This document shows, one piece after another, positions 37,407-49,018 of a stretch of DNA of 64,000 bases. Location: NCBI GenBank assembly GCA_963707635.1, contig OY970173.1:704001-768000 (forward strand). The letters run 5' to 3'. This DNA is from Candidatus Latescibacterota bacterium (GTDB lineage: Bacteria > Krumholzibacteriota > Krumholzibacteriia > WVZY01 > JAKEHA01). Below the pieces are notes generated by a model. The model did no database searches, was not told the DNA's origin, and was given only the letters and a program-made list of their open reading frames with translations. Within the stretch, counting starts at the first letter, position 1, and every line of letters begins with the position of its first letter. A program made the translations under genes and the position numbers.

Positions 37407-40058
37407 ATGACAACGCAACGCACACAAGACGCGGGCGCGGTGAGAAAGAAACTCCCCAACGGACTGACCGTCATCCTCAAGGAGGACCACTCGTCTCCGA
37501 TCGTGGCCGTCAACGTCTGGTTCGGTGTGGGGTCGGTCCACGAGACCGAGGCAATGAACGGGCTCGCGCATTTCCAGGAGCACATGGTGTTCAAGGGAAC
37601 GCGGAAGTACGGAGTCGGCGATATCGCGCGCATCGTCAAGTCGGCCGGCGGGAATCTGAACGCCGGCACCAGCTATTCCTACACCATGTACTACGTCGTG
37701 CTCCCGTCGCGCTCGTTCGCGACTGCGCTGGAAGTGCAGGCGGACGCGATGATGAATTCCACCTTCGACCCCGACGAATTCAAGAAGGAACGCCTGGTCG
37801 TGATCGACGAGGCGCGCATGTACGACGATCGCCCGGAGTCGTTCACGTTCTACCGCACGATGGAGCTGGGGTTCGAGAAGCACACGTACCGTCGCCCGAT
37901 CGCGGGCTACCAGCACATCGTCGAGAAGATCACGCGCGACCAGCTGGTGGAGTTCTATCGCAACTACTATCGCCCCTCGAACGCGGTGCTGGTGGTGGTG
38001 GGGGACGTGGAACCCGACGACGCGATGGCGCGGATCGAATCCGTGTACGGCGGGTGGCCGAACGCCCGCGTGGTGGTCAGCGAGCCCCCGGCCGAGCCGG
38101 CGCAGCAGGCGCTGCGGCTCAAGGCGTTCGAGGGCACGACGGACCACGCCTATCTGGGCGCCGGCTTCCACGTCCCGAGCGTCCTCGACGAAGACTACCC
38201 GGCGCTCCAGATGCTCGCGGAGCTGCTCAGCGCCGGGAAGAGTTCGCGTCTCTACCGGCACGTGCGCGAAGACAAGCGCCTGGTCACCTCCGTCGGCGCC
38301 GAGCTCCTGGCCGAGAAATGGCCCGGGTTCTTTCTGGTGGCGGCGTCGATGCCCCCGTCGAAGTGGGAAGACGCCTGCCAGGCGATTTTCCACGAGGTCG
38401 AACGTTTCAAGCACGAGCGCGTGGCGGACGACGAGCTGGAGAAGGCGCGGCGGCAGGTGGAACGCTCGATGTACCTCGAGCTCGAAACCATGGAGGGGCA
38501 GGCCTCGAACCTCGGCTACTACGAGTTGCTCGGCGACTACCGGCTGGCCGACCGGCACCGCGAGGCAGTCAAGCGCGTCGTCGCGGATCGGGTCGCGGAG
38601 GTCGCGCGGCGCTACTTCCACCCCGACAATCTTTCGCTGGTTGGCTACCTCCCGAAGGCGAACGGGCACGGCGCGCTGGATGAAGCCCGGGTCCGTCAGA
38701 CGGTCGCCTCGACTTTGAGCGCGGACGGCGCCGTCCACGACGTGGCGGGCGCGTCGAAGACCGCTTCGCACGCACCTGTCTCCGAGGCGCGCCGCGCACC
38801 CCGGACGAGCGCCGATGCGTCCGACGATCGCGTCAGCCGCTTTCGTCTGGACAATGGCGTGCGCGTGCTGCTGAAACCGCGTCCCGACGTGCCGCTGGTA
38901 TCCGTGCTCGCGGTATTTCCCGGCGGAGGCCGATTCGAGCCCGCCGGGAAATCGGGGCTCGCGATGCTGACCCACCGTTCCCTCACCAAGGGAAGCGCGC
39001 GATTCGGCGCCGAAGAAATCGCGACGCGCATCGAGGGACTCGGCGGGGGCCTCGAGAGCTTCTCGTCGTTCGATACCGGCCGCGTCTCCATGGGCGTGCT
39101 GTCCGAGCACGCGGAAGAGGCGGCGGAAATCTTCCGCGACGTGCTGCGCGCGCCGACGTTCGACGGGGCGCGCGTCGAACAGGAAAAGGCGCGTCTCATC
39201 GAAGAGCTGGCGCGGCGTCACGACAACCCGATCCAGTTCGCGCTGGACCACCTGTTCCGCTCGGTCTTCGGCGACCACCCGTACGCGTACCCGTTCCTCG
39301 GGGATGCCAGGGAGGTCGCCGGGCTCTTCGACCGCGATTGCCGGGAGTGGTTCACGAGCCTGCTCGCGCCCGATGCGCTGGTGCTGTCGATCGTGGGAGA
39401 CATGGGCATGGATCGCGCGCGCGCGCTGGCCGGGCGCGTGCTGGGCGACCTGGGCCCCGGCCGCCAGCCGGCGCCGAGGCCGGATCCGCCGGCTGTGCCC
39501 GTGCGCCCAGGCGAACAGGTGCTGCGCCGGGCGGGTATCAAGCAGGCGGTGACGTTCGTCGGCTTCACCGCACCGCGCCTGATGTCGGACGAAGCGAAGG
39601 CGCTGGAGGTCTTGAACGGAGTGCTCACGGGGCTGGGTGGCCGTCTCTTCGTCGAGTTGCGCGACAAGCGCTCGCTGGGTTACATGACGGGCTCCGCGTT
39701 CAACCCGTTTTTCCAGGGCGGGATTTTCTTCGGCTACGCGAACCCGACCGCCGACGGCGTCGAGGAAGCGGTCCGCGTCATCCTGCACGAGCTGGAGCGG
39801 GTGACGAAGGAGTCGGTGGGCGCCGAAGAGCTCTCGCGCGCGAAGGAATGGATTGCCGGCTCGCACGTGATGGAACTGCAGCGCAACGCCGCCCAGGCGG
39901 CGGAGTACGGGGCGTTCGAGGCGCTCGGCTTCGGCTTCGAAACCGTCGAGCGGATCCCGGAATGGATCCGCTCGGTCACCAGCGAGGACGTGATGGCGGT
40001 GGCACGGCGGGTCTTCGTCCCGGCCAACGCGGTAATCGTGCGGATGCTGCCGGAGTAA
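37407..40058 (+). CDS. M16 family zinc peptidase (pitrilysin-like, two-module)
   Basis: LPNGL, GS..E..NGLAHFQEHMVFKG inverted zincin motif; second module LDNG lacks HxxEH. Confidence 0.92.
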   Translation: MTTQRTQDAGAVRKKLPNGLTVILKEDHSSPIVAVNVWFGVGSVHETEAMNGLAHFQEHMVFKGTRKYGVGDIARIVKSAGGNLNAGTSYSYTMYYVVLPSRSFATALEVQADAMMNSTFDPDEFKKERLVVIDEARMYDDRPESFTFYRTMELGFEKHTYRRPIAGYQHIVEKITRDQLVEFYRNYYRPSNAVLVVVGDVEPDDAMARIESVYGGWPNARVVVSEPPAEPAQQALRLKAFEGTTDHAYLGAGFHVPSVLDEDYPALQMLAELLSAGKSSRLYRHVREDKRLVTSVGAELLAEKWPGFFLVAASMPPSKWEDACQAIFHEVERFKHERVADDELEKARRQVERSMYLELETMEGQASNLGYYELLGDYRLADRHREAVKRVVADRVAEVARRYFHPDNLSLVGYLPKANGHGALDEARVRQTVASTLSADGAVHDVAGASKTASHAPVSEARRAPRTSADASDDRVSRFRLDNGVRVLLKPRPDVPLVSVLAVFPGGGRFEPAGKSGLAMLTHRSLTKGSARFGAEEIATRIEGLGGGLESFSSFDTGRVSMGVLSEHAEEAAEIFRDVLRAPTFDGARVEQEKARLIEELARRHDNPIQFALDHLFRSVFGDHPYAYPFLGDAREVAGLFDRDCREWFTSLLAPDALVLSIVGDMGMDRARALAGRVLGDLGPGRQPAPRPDPPAVPVRPGEQVLRRAGIKQAVTFVGFTAPRLMSDEAKALEVLNGVLTGLGGRLFVELRDKRSLGYMTGSAFNPFFQGGIFFGYANPTADGVEEAVRVILHELERVTKESVGAEELSRAKEWIAGSHVMELQRNAAQAAEYGAFEALGFGFETVERIPEWIRSVTSEDVMAVARRVFVPANAVIVRMLPE

Positions 40059-40079
40059 TGAGCGCTGGCGCGTGCGGTG

Positions 40080-40874
40080 CTACAGGTGGGGATGGGGGGC
40101 AGTCTGCCAGCGCTCGTCGCGCATGATGCCGAAGCTCCGCAGCAGTTCGGCGCGCAACGTGGTGAGATCGACCTTGCGGTAGAGTTTCCCTCCGTCGGCG
40201 TACGCGATGGCTCCGGTCTCCTCCGAGACGACGATCACCAGCGCGTCGGTCTCCTCAGAAAGCCCGAGCGCGGCCCGGTGGCGGGTGCCCAGCGCTCCCG
40301 CGAGGCGCTCGTCCTGCGACAGGGGCAGGATGCAGCCGGCCGCGGTCACGCGGTCGTTCTGGATGATCACGGCGCCGTCGTGCAGCGGCCCCGGCGGCGT
40401 GAAGATGGTGCCGATGAGCTCGGTCGTCACGCGCGCGTCGACCGGGGTCCCGGTCTCTGCGTAGTTCTTCAGCCCCATGTCTTTCTCGAGCACGATCAGC
40501 GCCCCCGTCCGTTTCTCCGACAGGTCCTGCACACTCTTCACGATCTCGGGGATCACGCCGCTCTCGCGCACGTGCACGAAGCGCGACACCATCCGGTTCT
40601 GCCCGAGCAGCGCGAGCGCGCGCCGCAGCTCGGGCTGGAAGATGATGACGAACGCGATCACCCACACCGTGCGCAGGCTCGAAATCAGCCAGTTCACCGC
40701 GATCAGATTGAGCCACTGCGCCACGACCGAGAGGATGAAGAGCGCAATGAGTCCGAAGAACATGTGCACGGCGCGCGTGCCCCGCATCAGGGAAAACAGG
40801 CGGTAGAGCAACAGCGACACGATCAGCACGTCGACGGCGTCGACCACGAGCTCCATGGGAACGGGGGGCATCAT
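40080..40874 (-). CDS. cdaA: Diadenylate cyclase CdaA/DacA
   Basis: Three TMs, FQPELRRAL, GALIV, PLHDGAVII, LGTRHRAA, VSEETG. Confidence 0.95.
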   Translation of the reverse strand: MMPPVPMELVVDAVDVLIVSLLLYRLFSLMRGTRAVHMFFGLIALFILSVVAQWLNLIAVNWLISSLRTVWVIAFVIIFQPELRRALALLGQNRMVSRFVHVRESGVIPEIVKSVQDLSEKRTGALIVLEKDMGLKNYAETGTPVDARVTTELIGTIFTPPGPLHDGAVIIQNDRVTAAGCILPLSQDERLAGALGTRHRAALGLSEETDALVIVVSEETGAIAYADGGKLYRKVDLTTLRAELLRSFGIMRDERWQTAPHPHL

Positions 40875-41734
40875 CGGGCTCCGGGGGGTTGTGCTTCCGG
40901 GTGCTCCACCGCGTCGAGCACGCGGAAGAGGTCGACGGTTTCGCGTACGTCGTGGACGCGCACGAGGCGAACGCCATGCGCGCGGCAGTGGGCGGCGACG
41001 GCCAGGCTGCCCGCGAGGCGCGCGCCCGTCGGGGCACCGCGGAGCAGCGTGCCGATGAACGACTTGCGCGACGCGCCCACCAGCACGGGATATCCCAGCG
41101 CCACCAGGTCGTCAATGCCTTTCAGGATCTCCAGATTATCCTGTACGCGCTTGCCGAAGCCGATCCCGGGATCGAGCACGATGCGTTCGCGGGCGATCCC
41201 CGCGGTCTCGAGCGCGGCGGCGCGCAGGGCCAGGAACGCCGCGACTTCGCCCGCGGCGTCGTCGTAGGCCGGCTCGACCTGCATCGTCTTCGGCTCCCCG
41301 AGCATGTGCATGAGGATCACGGGGACGTCGGCGTGGGCGCGCAGGACGTCGGCCATCGCGCCGGCCTGCGCGGCGGTGATGTCGTTTACGATCGTGCAGC
41401 CCGCCGCGAGCGCCGCCTCGGCCACCTCCGGCTTGCGGGTGTCGATCGCGAGCGGCACCGATGGGCGCGGCCGCGACAGCGCCTCGATCACCGGCAGCAC
41501 GCGGTCCATTTCCTCGCGGGCGGACACCGCGTCCGCGCCGGGCCGGGTGGACTCGCCGCCGATGTCGATCATGTCCGCCCCCTCGGCCACCATCCGCAGC
41601 GCGTGTTCCACCGCCGCCTCGCGGCGCACGAACTTCCCGCCGTCGGAGAAGGAATCCGGCGTCACGTTGAGCACACCCATGACCAGCGGAGAACGGCGAA
41701 AAAGAATGGTGCGATCGCCGCAGCGGAGAAACAT
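40871..41734 (-). CDS. folP: Dihydropteroate synthase
   Basis: MGVLNVTPDSFSDGG, DIGGESTRPG, LDPGIGFGK, SRKSF, RVHDV. Confidence 0.97.
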   Translation of the reverse strand: MFLRCGDRTILFRRSPLVMGVLNVTPDSFSDGGKFVRREAAVEHALRMVAEGADMIDIGGESTRPGADAVSAREEMDRVLPVIEALSRPRPSVPLAIDTRKPEVAEAALAAGCTIVNDITAAQAGAMADVLRAHADVPVILMHMLGEPKTMQVEPAYDDAAGEVAAFLALRAAALETAGIARERIVLDPGIGFGKRVQDNLEILKGIDDLVALGYPVLVGASRKSFIGTLLRGAPTGARLAGSLAVAAHCRAHGVRLVRVHDVRETVDLFRVLDAVEHPEAQPPGAR

Positions 41735-41747
41735 GCGCGGGGTCGAG

Positions 41748-43805
<2,058 letters not shown>

Positions 43806-43826
43806 AACGGGTTATCTCAATACCAC

Positions 43827-44375
43827 CTAGCGGGCCGACTCCGGGTCGAGCGCTGCCACGAACGGAAGATGGCGAAAATTTTCGCGGTAGTCCAGACCAT
43901 AGCCCACCACGTACTCGTCGGGGATATCGTAACCGAGGTAGCGGATGGGGATCCCGGCCTGGTTGGGCACGCGTTTGCGCAGAAGGGCGCAGATCTCGAG
44001 GCTCCCGGGATTCCGTAACCTCAACATGTCCACAATATAAGCCAGAGTCGTGCCAGTGTCTATGACATCCTCGACAAGCAGGACGTCCCGTCCGACCAGG
44101 TCGATCTCGAGGTCCCCGACGATCCGGACGACCCCGCTGGTGCGGATCGCGCCGTCGTACGACGACACCCGGAGAAACTCGATGTGGTGCGGGATCGTGA
44201 TCTGGCGGATCAGGTCCGCCAGGAACACCACGCCCCCTTTCAAGAGACTGATGAGCACGGGGTGCCGCCCCGCGTAGTCATTCGTAATCTCGCGGCCCAG
44301 GCGCGCCACGATGGCGGCGATATCGGGTGCCGAGAGGAGGACGCGGCCCGGGACGGGATGATCGGGGTGGGTCAT
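43827..44375 (-). CDS. hpt: Hypoxanthine phosphoribosyltransferase
   Basis: LKGG, VSSY, VLLVEDVIDTGTT, VVGYGLDY. Confidence 0.95.
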   Translation of the reverse strand: MTHPDHPVPGRVLLSAPDIAAIVARLGREITNDYAGRHPVLISLLKGGVVFLADLIRQITIPHHIEFLRVSSYDGAIRTSGVVRIVGDLEIDLVGRDVLLVEDVIDTGTTLAYIVDMLRLRNPGSLEICALLRKRVPNQAGIPIRYLGYDIPDEYVVGYGLDYRENFRHLPFVAALDPESAR

Positions 44376-45835
44376 GCCGCATCCCCCTGACCGTCGAACC
44401 GGTCCGCGCAATGGGCGACCAAGCAGACGGCGCCCTCGGTGTCCGGGCCGACCCGGGCCGATTCGCCCGTGACGACCCCGGGAACCCACACGATCTCACC
44501 GTTTCGTTCCACGACCGGGCTGGCGGCGCGTCTGCGAAACGGAATCCGCGCGTCGATGAACACGTCGCTCAACTTTCGATGCCCGCGCATGCCGAGCGGG
44601 CGCACGCGATCACCGGCGTGTGGCGCGCGTACGCGGAATTCATCACCCTCGGCCGTTGCCACGAAGGCGACGTGTGAGAACGGCGTCCCGCCGTCGCCGC
44701 GCGACGTCGTCAGGCGGGCGCGCGCATCCGCACCCGTGGTGCGATCGCCACGGATCGACCACCCCGCGATGTGGACCTCTCCCGGAATCTCCATTGGCTG
44801 CTCCACGATTGCCGGGCCGTCCGGCGCCGCGCCGGTTCGAACCGTGAACACCAGCGCGTCGTGCTCGCGCCGCACGCGCACGCGCGGCAAGTCGATCGAG
44901 GCGCCGACTTTGATCGACGCCAGGGCCTCGTAGTGGACCCGCGCCACGTCGTCGCGGCGATCGACGCGCTCGAGCACGTCGCCGATCATTGTTACGGTTG
45001 CTTCAGGGTCCAAGTCCGCCAGCGCCCACGCGCGCAGCGCCCACGATCCGGAAGCCTCGCGCTCCAGGGCCGCGTCGATTCGCGGCGTCGTGACGCGTCG
45101 AATCGCATCCAACTCCTGCGCTGCGGAATCCGCCAGGCGCACCAAGACGTTGTCTATAGATGGAAACACGCGACGCAGCGCCGGCAGGGTGTCGTGTCGA
45201 ATGGCGTTGCGCGAGAAACGGCGGTCGTCGTTGGATGGGTCGTGCACCCACGCGACACCGCGCACGGCACAATAGTCGGTCGTGTCCCAGCGCGTGACGC
45301 CGAGCAGCGGGCGCACGATGGCGCCGCGACACGCGGCAATCCCCACCAGCCCGCGGGTGCCGGCGCCGCGGAGGATGCGCATCAATACCGTCTCCGCCTG
45401 ATCCGACCTCGTGTGCGCGGTCGCAATCCAGTCGGTGGATTCGCGCCGCGCCGTTTGGAGCAGGAAATCGTAGCGCGCGCGGCGCGCGACCGCCTCGATC
45501 GACTCCCCGGTCCGGAGCGCCTCGGCGGCTACGTCGCCGGACCCGCAGACCGAGCGGATGCCGAGCCGCTCCGCGTGGGACGCCACCGCGTCGAAGTCAC
45601 GACCGCTGTCCGCGCGCAGGCGGTGGTCGAAGTGCGCCGCAATCACGCGCAGGCCCGGGCGCGCGCGTGACAGTGCACCCAGCGCATCCAGCATGGCCAT
45701 GGAGTCGACGCCGCCGGACACCGCCGCCAGCACGACGTCGCCTGCGCCAAACCACGGCGCGGCGAGCAGCGCGTGCTCGACCGGGTGCGTGGCGCTGGAG
45801 AGATCGCGTGCGGAAATCGTGCGGGAATCCGGCAT
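44372..45835 (-). CDS. tilS: tRNA(Ile)-lysidine synthetase
   Basis: AVSGGVDS, ARRARY, TAHTRSDQAETVLMR, RPLL, DPSN..RN; C-terminal KLSDVFID. Confidence 0.95.
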   Translation of the reverse strand: MPDSRTISARDLSSATHPVEHALLAAPWFGAGDVVLAAVSGGVDSMAMLDALGALSRARPGLRVIAAHFDHRLRADSGRDFDAVASHAERLGIRSVCGSGDVAAEALRTGESIEAVARRARYDFLLQTARRESTDWIATAHTRSDQAETVLMRILRGAGTRGLVGIAACRGAIVRPLLGVTRWDTTDYCAVRGVAWVHDPSNDDRRFSRNAIRHDTLPALRRVFPSIDNVLVRLADSAAQELDAIRRVTTPRIDAALEREASGSWALRAWALADLDPEATVTMIGDVLERVDRRDDVARVHYEALASIKVGASIDLPRVRVRREHDALVFTVRTGAAPDGPAIVEQPMEIPGEVHIAGWSIRGDRTTGADARARLTTSRGDGGTPFSHVAFVATAEGDEFRVRAPHAGDRVRPLGMRGHRKLSDVFIDARIPFRRRAASPVVERNGEIVWVPGVVTGESARVGPDTEGAVCLVAHCADRFDGQGDAA

Positions 45836-45874
45836 GAACGTCACTATACCACGCGTGCGAACTGGGAAAGGAAA

Positions 45875-45951
45875 TGGTGGCGGAGCAGGGATTCGAACCC
45901 CGGACACGCGGATTATGATTCCGCTGCTCTAACCAACTGAGCTACTCCGCC
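45875..45951 (-). tRNA. tRNA-Met(CAU), probably elongator (Ile2 not excluded)
   Basis: GGCGGAGTAGCTCAGTTGGTTAGAGCAGCGGAATCATAATCCGCGTGTCCGGGGTTCGAATCCCTGCTCCGCCACCA. Confidence 0.93.
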
Positions 45952-45954
45952 ACC
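45910..45954. repeat. 45-bp direct repeat, copy 1 (5' half of the tRNA)
   Basis: ggattatgattccgctgctctaaccaactgagctactccgccacc, identical to 48195-48239. Confidence 0.95.
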
Positions 45955-46007
45955 GAATGTCGAGTGAACGTGACCGCAGGACGTGATGCGGGTACGAAGC
46001 GGCCTAG

Positions 46008-46036
46008 AATCTAGCGGACGGGCTCGACACTGTCAA
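46008..46036 (-). promoter_or_regulatory. sigma70 promoter of the intact tRNA
   Basis: TTGACA-17 bp-TAGATT on the minus strand. Confidence 0.7.
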
Positions 46037-46076
46037 CCGGGCTAGATTCGTGCGAAGATAACGGTTCGGAGAAAGT

Positions 46077-48059
46077 TTGAAAAACCGGCCAAACATACTC
46101 CTGCTCTCGATTCTGACCCTTGCGGCGGGGTTGCGAATTTATGGCCTCGACTGGTCACTACCGCATACCTACGAGGAGGCGACACCGCTCCGCGTCGCGA
46201 TCGGCATGTGGGGCTGGCAGGCCAACGGACCAACGACACTCAACCCGCAGTTCTTCAACTATCCCAGCCTGACTTTCTATATCCACTTCCTGGCTCAGGG
46301 TGTCGTCTTTCTCTGCCTCCGCCTCGCAGGCGAGATCAAGTCGGTCAGCGACTGGGCTGTCCTGTATCTCACAAACCCTACGTCCCAGTACATTGGTTCG
46401 CGGCTGGTTGGTGTTTGTTTCGGCGTTGCGACAGTCTTCTTCCTCTACAAGCTCGCGAGGTCCGTGACAACAACTCACGGCGCGCTCCTTGGCGCGCTGC
46501 TGTTGGCGACAAGTCCGTTCCACATCGCGCGCTCGCAGATGATCGAAGTTGACATTCCGCTGACATTCTTTGTCGTTTTGGCTCTCTATGGCGTCATGAA
46601 CATCATCGAGCAGGGTCGATGGCGCGACTATGTTCTGACCGGTATCGCGATCGGGCTCGCCACATCGGCCAAATACACAGGCTTTTTTCTCGCCATACCT
46701 TTCATTGCTGCTCAGACTCTGACGTTCAAGTCAGAAGACGTTAAGCCTTCAGATAGGTGGAAGCGCATTGTTGGAGCGGTGTTTCTCGCGTTTGCGACGT
46801 TCGCCGCCACGTCGGCCTATGTGCTTGTGGATTTGCGGCAATCGTGGGCCGGGCTGTCGGTCGAGCGAGAACATATGGAGCTGGGTCACTTTGGCGTCAC
46901 GCAGTCTGCGTGGCGATTCTACGGCCATGCGCTCACGCACAGTTTGCTCGGCCTGTTGGGACTGGCGATGGGGATGGTAGGCACGACCTACACATGCATC
47001 AAACGATCGTCAAAGCCGGCCCTAGTCCTGGTGATCTTTTGCGTCATATATGTTTGCGTGATCGCGACCTGGTCGACAAAGGCCGACAGGTACCTTCTTC
47101 CCGTTTTTCCACCTCTGCTTGCCTTGGCCGCCAGCGGTGTACTAGTCACGACGGAATCCATCATGCGCGCTCTCGGTCGTCCTCAGGCAGCGACTATCGC
47201 GGCCGTTCTTCTCGTGCTGGGCTTGCTGACCTGGAATCTTGGAGGAATCAAACAGTACCGGGCAGAGATCCAGCACGATACGCGGACTGATGCTCAGAAC
47301 TGGATTGAGTCCAACCTTCCGAGCGGAGCTTTCATTGTTACGGAGGGCTACGGTCCCGACCTCTTGGACCCGTCAACAGTTTTGCAGCTTGATCCCCAGA
47401 TTCGGAAGCGCGTCCTTGAACGTTGGCGAGAACGACCCATTTTCGCAGTTAGCGCACTTCCCATGTACCAAACGCATCCGGAGCGGTCTGCTCCTTTCTA
47501 CACACTGTCGCTGTATCCCGACGCTGACTACTTCATAACGAGCAGTTCGATTCAAGGCCGATATGTGAGCGAGCCTAAACGATTTCGTGAGCAGACAGAC
47601 TTCTACGCGCAGCTCCAGAAGAGTTACAACTTGGTGCGTGAGTTTTCTCCGCGGCAGCCGGGCGGGATCCATTTGGCAGTGTATGAAACCAGTGAACACG
47701 ACCGCCCGTTCGGAGCGCGCGACTCTGTGACTGCTCCGACGCAACTTCAGCGCACGCCCGAGAACGCTACCGGTCGAGAAGCAGGCTTCTATTTCACGAT
47801 GGGTACGAATTACGAGTACTTCCATCACCCTGCAGAAGCAGCGGCCGCCTACAAGCTTGCACTCGAGTATCGTACTTCCAATCCACAGTTATTCTTGCAG
47901 TGCGTCTTGGGATACACACGTTGCCTAGTCAGGTCGGGACATGCCGACGAGGCTCTTCAGGTTCTCGACCAAATGAGCAGAGAGATCGACGACAAGCGCC
48001 TCAAGGGAGTACTCGCGCAGCTACGGGGCCAGATTAAAAGCGCGATTCAGAGGCGCTAA
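46077..48059 (+). CDS. GT-C glycosyltransferase (PMT/ArnT, GT39-like) with C-terminal TPR-like region
   Basis: LRIYGL..SLP..YEE, NPQFFNYP, multiple TMs, GLATSAKY, RYLLP. Confidence 0.82.
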   Translation: MKNRPNILLLSILTLAAGLRIYGLDWSLPHTYEEATPLRVAIGMWGWQANGPTTLNPQFFNYPSLTFYIHFLAQGVVFLCLRLAGEIKSVSDWAVLYLTNPTSQYIGSRLVGVCFGVATVFFLYKLARSVTTTHGALLGALLLATSPFHIARSQMIEVDIPLTFFVVLALYGVMNIIEQGRWRDYVLTGIAIGLATSAKYTGFFLAIPFIAAQTLTFKSEDVKPSDRWKRIVGAVFLAFATFAATSAYVLVDLRQSWAGLSVEREHMELGHFGVTQSAWRFYGHALTHSLLGLLGLAMGMVGTTYTCIKRSSKPALVLVIFCVIYVCVIATWSTKADRYLLPVFPPLLALAASGVLVTTESIMRALGRPQAATIAAVLLVLGLLTWNLGGIKQYRAEIQHDTRTDAQNWIESNLPSGAFIVTEGYGPDLLDPSTVLQLDPQIRKRVLERWRERPIFAVSALPMYQTHPERSAPFYTLSLYPDADYFITSSSIQGRYVSEPKRFREQTDFYAQLQKSYNLVREFSPRQPGGIHLAVYETSEHDRPFGARDSVTAPTQLQRTPENATGREAGFYFTMGTNYEYFHHPAEAAAAYKLALEYRTSNPQLFLQCVLGYTRCLVRSGHADEALQVLDQMSREIDDKRLKGVLAQLRGQIKSAIQRR

Positions 48060-48194
48060 TCCCAGCACGAGAGACTAGTATCAACACCCTCTGTACCGCT
48101 CAGAAGCCCTCGTCATCCGCAGTTCGCAAAACGGTTCGCGGTCGAGGGCGCTGCGTAGGTTATGTGATGTTGAGAAGTTAGCAGCGTTGAAAGG

Positions 48195-48239
48195 GGATTA
48201 TGATTCCGCTGCTCTAACCAACTGAGCTACTCCGCCACC
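48195..48239. repeat. 45-bp direct repeat, copy 2 (tRNA 5'-half fragment)
   Basis: Identical to 45910-45954; lacks the T-arm and 3' acceptor strand. Confidence 0.95.
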
Positions 48240-48296
48240 CCTAGGAATTCATCAGGCAGCTCGTGTACTTCGACAAGCCCTGTCGTGCGGGACACC

Positions 48297-48325
48297 ACTG
48301 TAAAGGGCCTCATGGTTGCGGTCAA
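48297..48325 (-). promoter_or_regulatory. sigma70 promoter upstream of the tRNA fragment
   Basis: TTGACC-17 bp-TACAGT on the minus strand. Confidence 0.6.
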
Positions 48326-48457
48326 TAAGCATACGAAGTCCTACAAGGTGCAGTGGCGACCGCCGGGGGTCTGGCCAGATTCGATCACTGGCACCCCAAT
48401 CCTGCGTTACCAGCGTGAGCGATGGGGTATACTAGGCGCCGAACCAGGAGGTTGGAC

Positions 48458-49018
48458 ATGAAACTTCGAAACCGAATCGTGGCCGCCGGTTGGGTCGCTC
48501 TGACCCTGTCGACAGCCGTCTGCGCGCACGCGCAAGAAGTCGTGGACCAGGAGAATCTTCCCAACGGGACGTTGCAGTACGTGAGCTGCGGGGTCGGTCC
48601 CGGCAGCATCTCGCAGGGATTCACGCCCGCCCTCTCGCCGCTCACGGCGGTCGAGATCATGTTGTATCTGGCGCCGCCGCAGGTGGGCTCACGGACGGTC
48701 CGCATCCGATCGGGCGCAGTCGACGGTCCCATCGTCGGCGAGACCAGCGCGGAGAACCAGGCGGGGTGGACGCGCTACGACTTCGCGGGTGGTGTCGTCG
48801 TCGTGCCGGGGCAGCTCTACGTCATCGAGGCGGTGTACGCCGGGACCGGCGTATACACTGCCTGGAACAGCGCGGGCACGTACCCGGGTGGACACGCCTA
48901 CGGGTGCACGAACAACTCAAATCTCAACGGCGACGTGGTCTTCCGGACGTACGCCAACACGACGTTGCCGACGCGAGAGGTGACGTGGGGGACGGTGAAG
49001 ACGCTGTACACAGACTAG
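48458..49018 (+). CDS. Secreted protein with C-terminal WGxxKxxY motif
   Basis: AGGAGG RBS; signal peptide ending AHA-QE; C-terminus LPTREVTWGTVKTLYTD. Confidence 0.8.
   Translation: MKLRNRIVAAGWVALTLSTAVCAHAQEVVDQENLPNGTLQYVSCGVGPGSISQGFTPALSPLTAVEIMLYLAPPQVGSRTVRIRSGAVDGPIVGETSAENQAGWTRYDFAGGVVVVPGQLYVIEAVYAGTGVYTAWNSAGTYPGGHAYGCTNNSNLNGDVVFRTYANTTLPTREVTWGTVKTLYTD

Larger units (their letters stand above)
45955..48194. mobile_element. Integrase-less genomic islet between tRNA-derived direct repeats
   Basis: Bounded by the 45-bp repeats; visibly lower GC and atypical codon usage. Confidence 0.7.

Noticed and set aside
33459..39866. Very long alternative-frame and antisense ORFs (e.g. 33459-36131 plus, 36972-39866 minus)
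   Set aside because: Shadow ORFs of real genes caused by GC3 bias; no recognisable motifs
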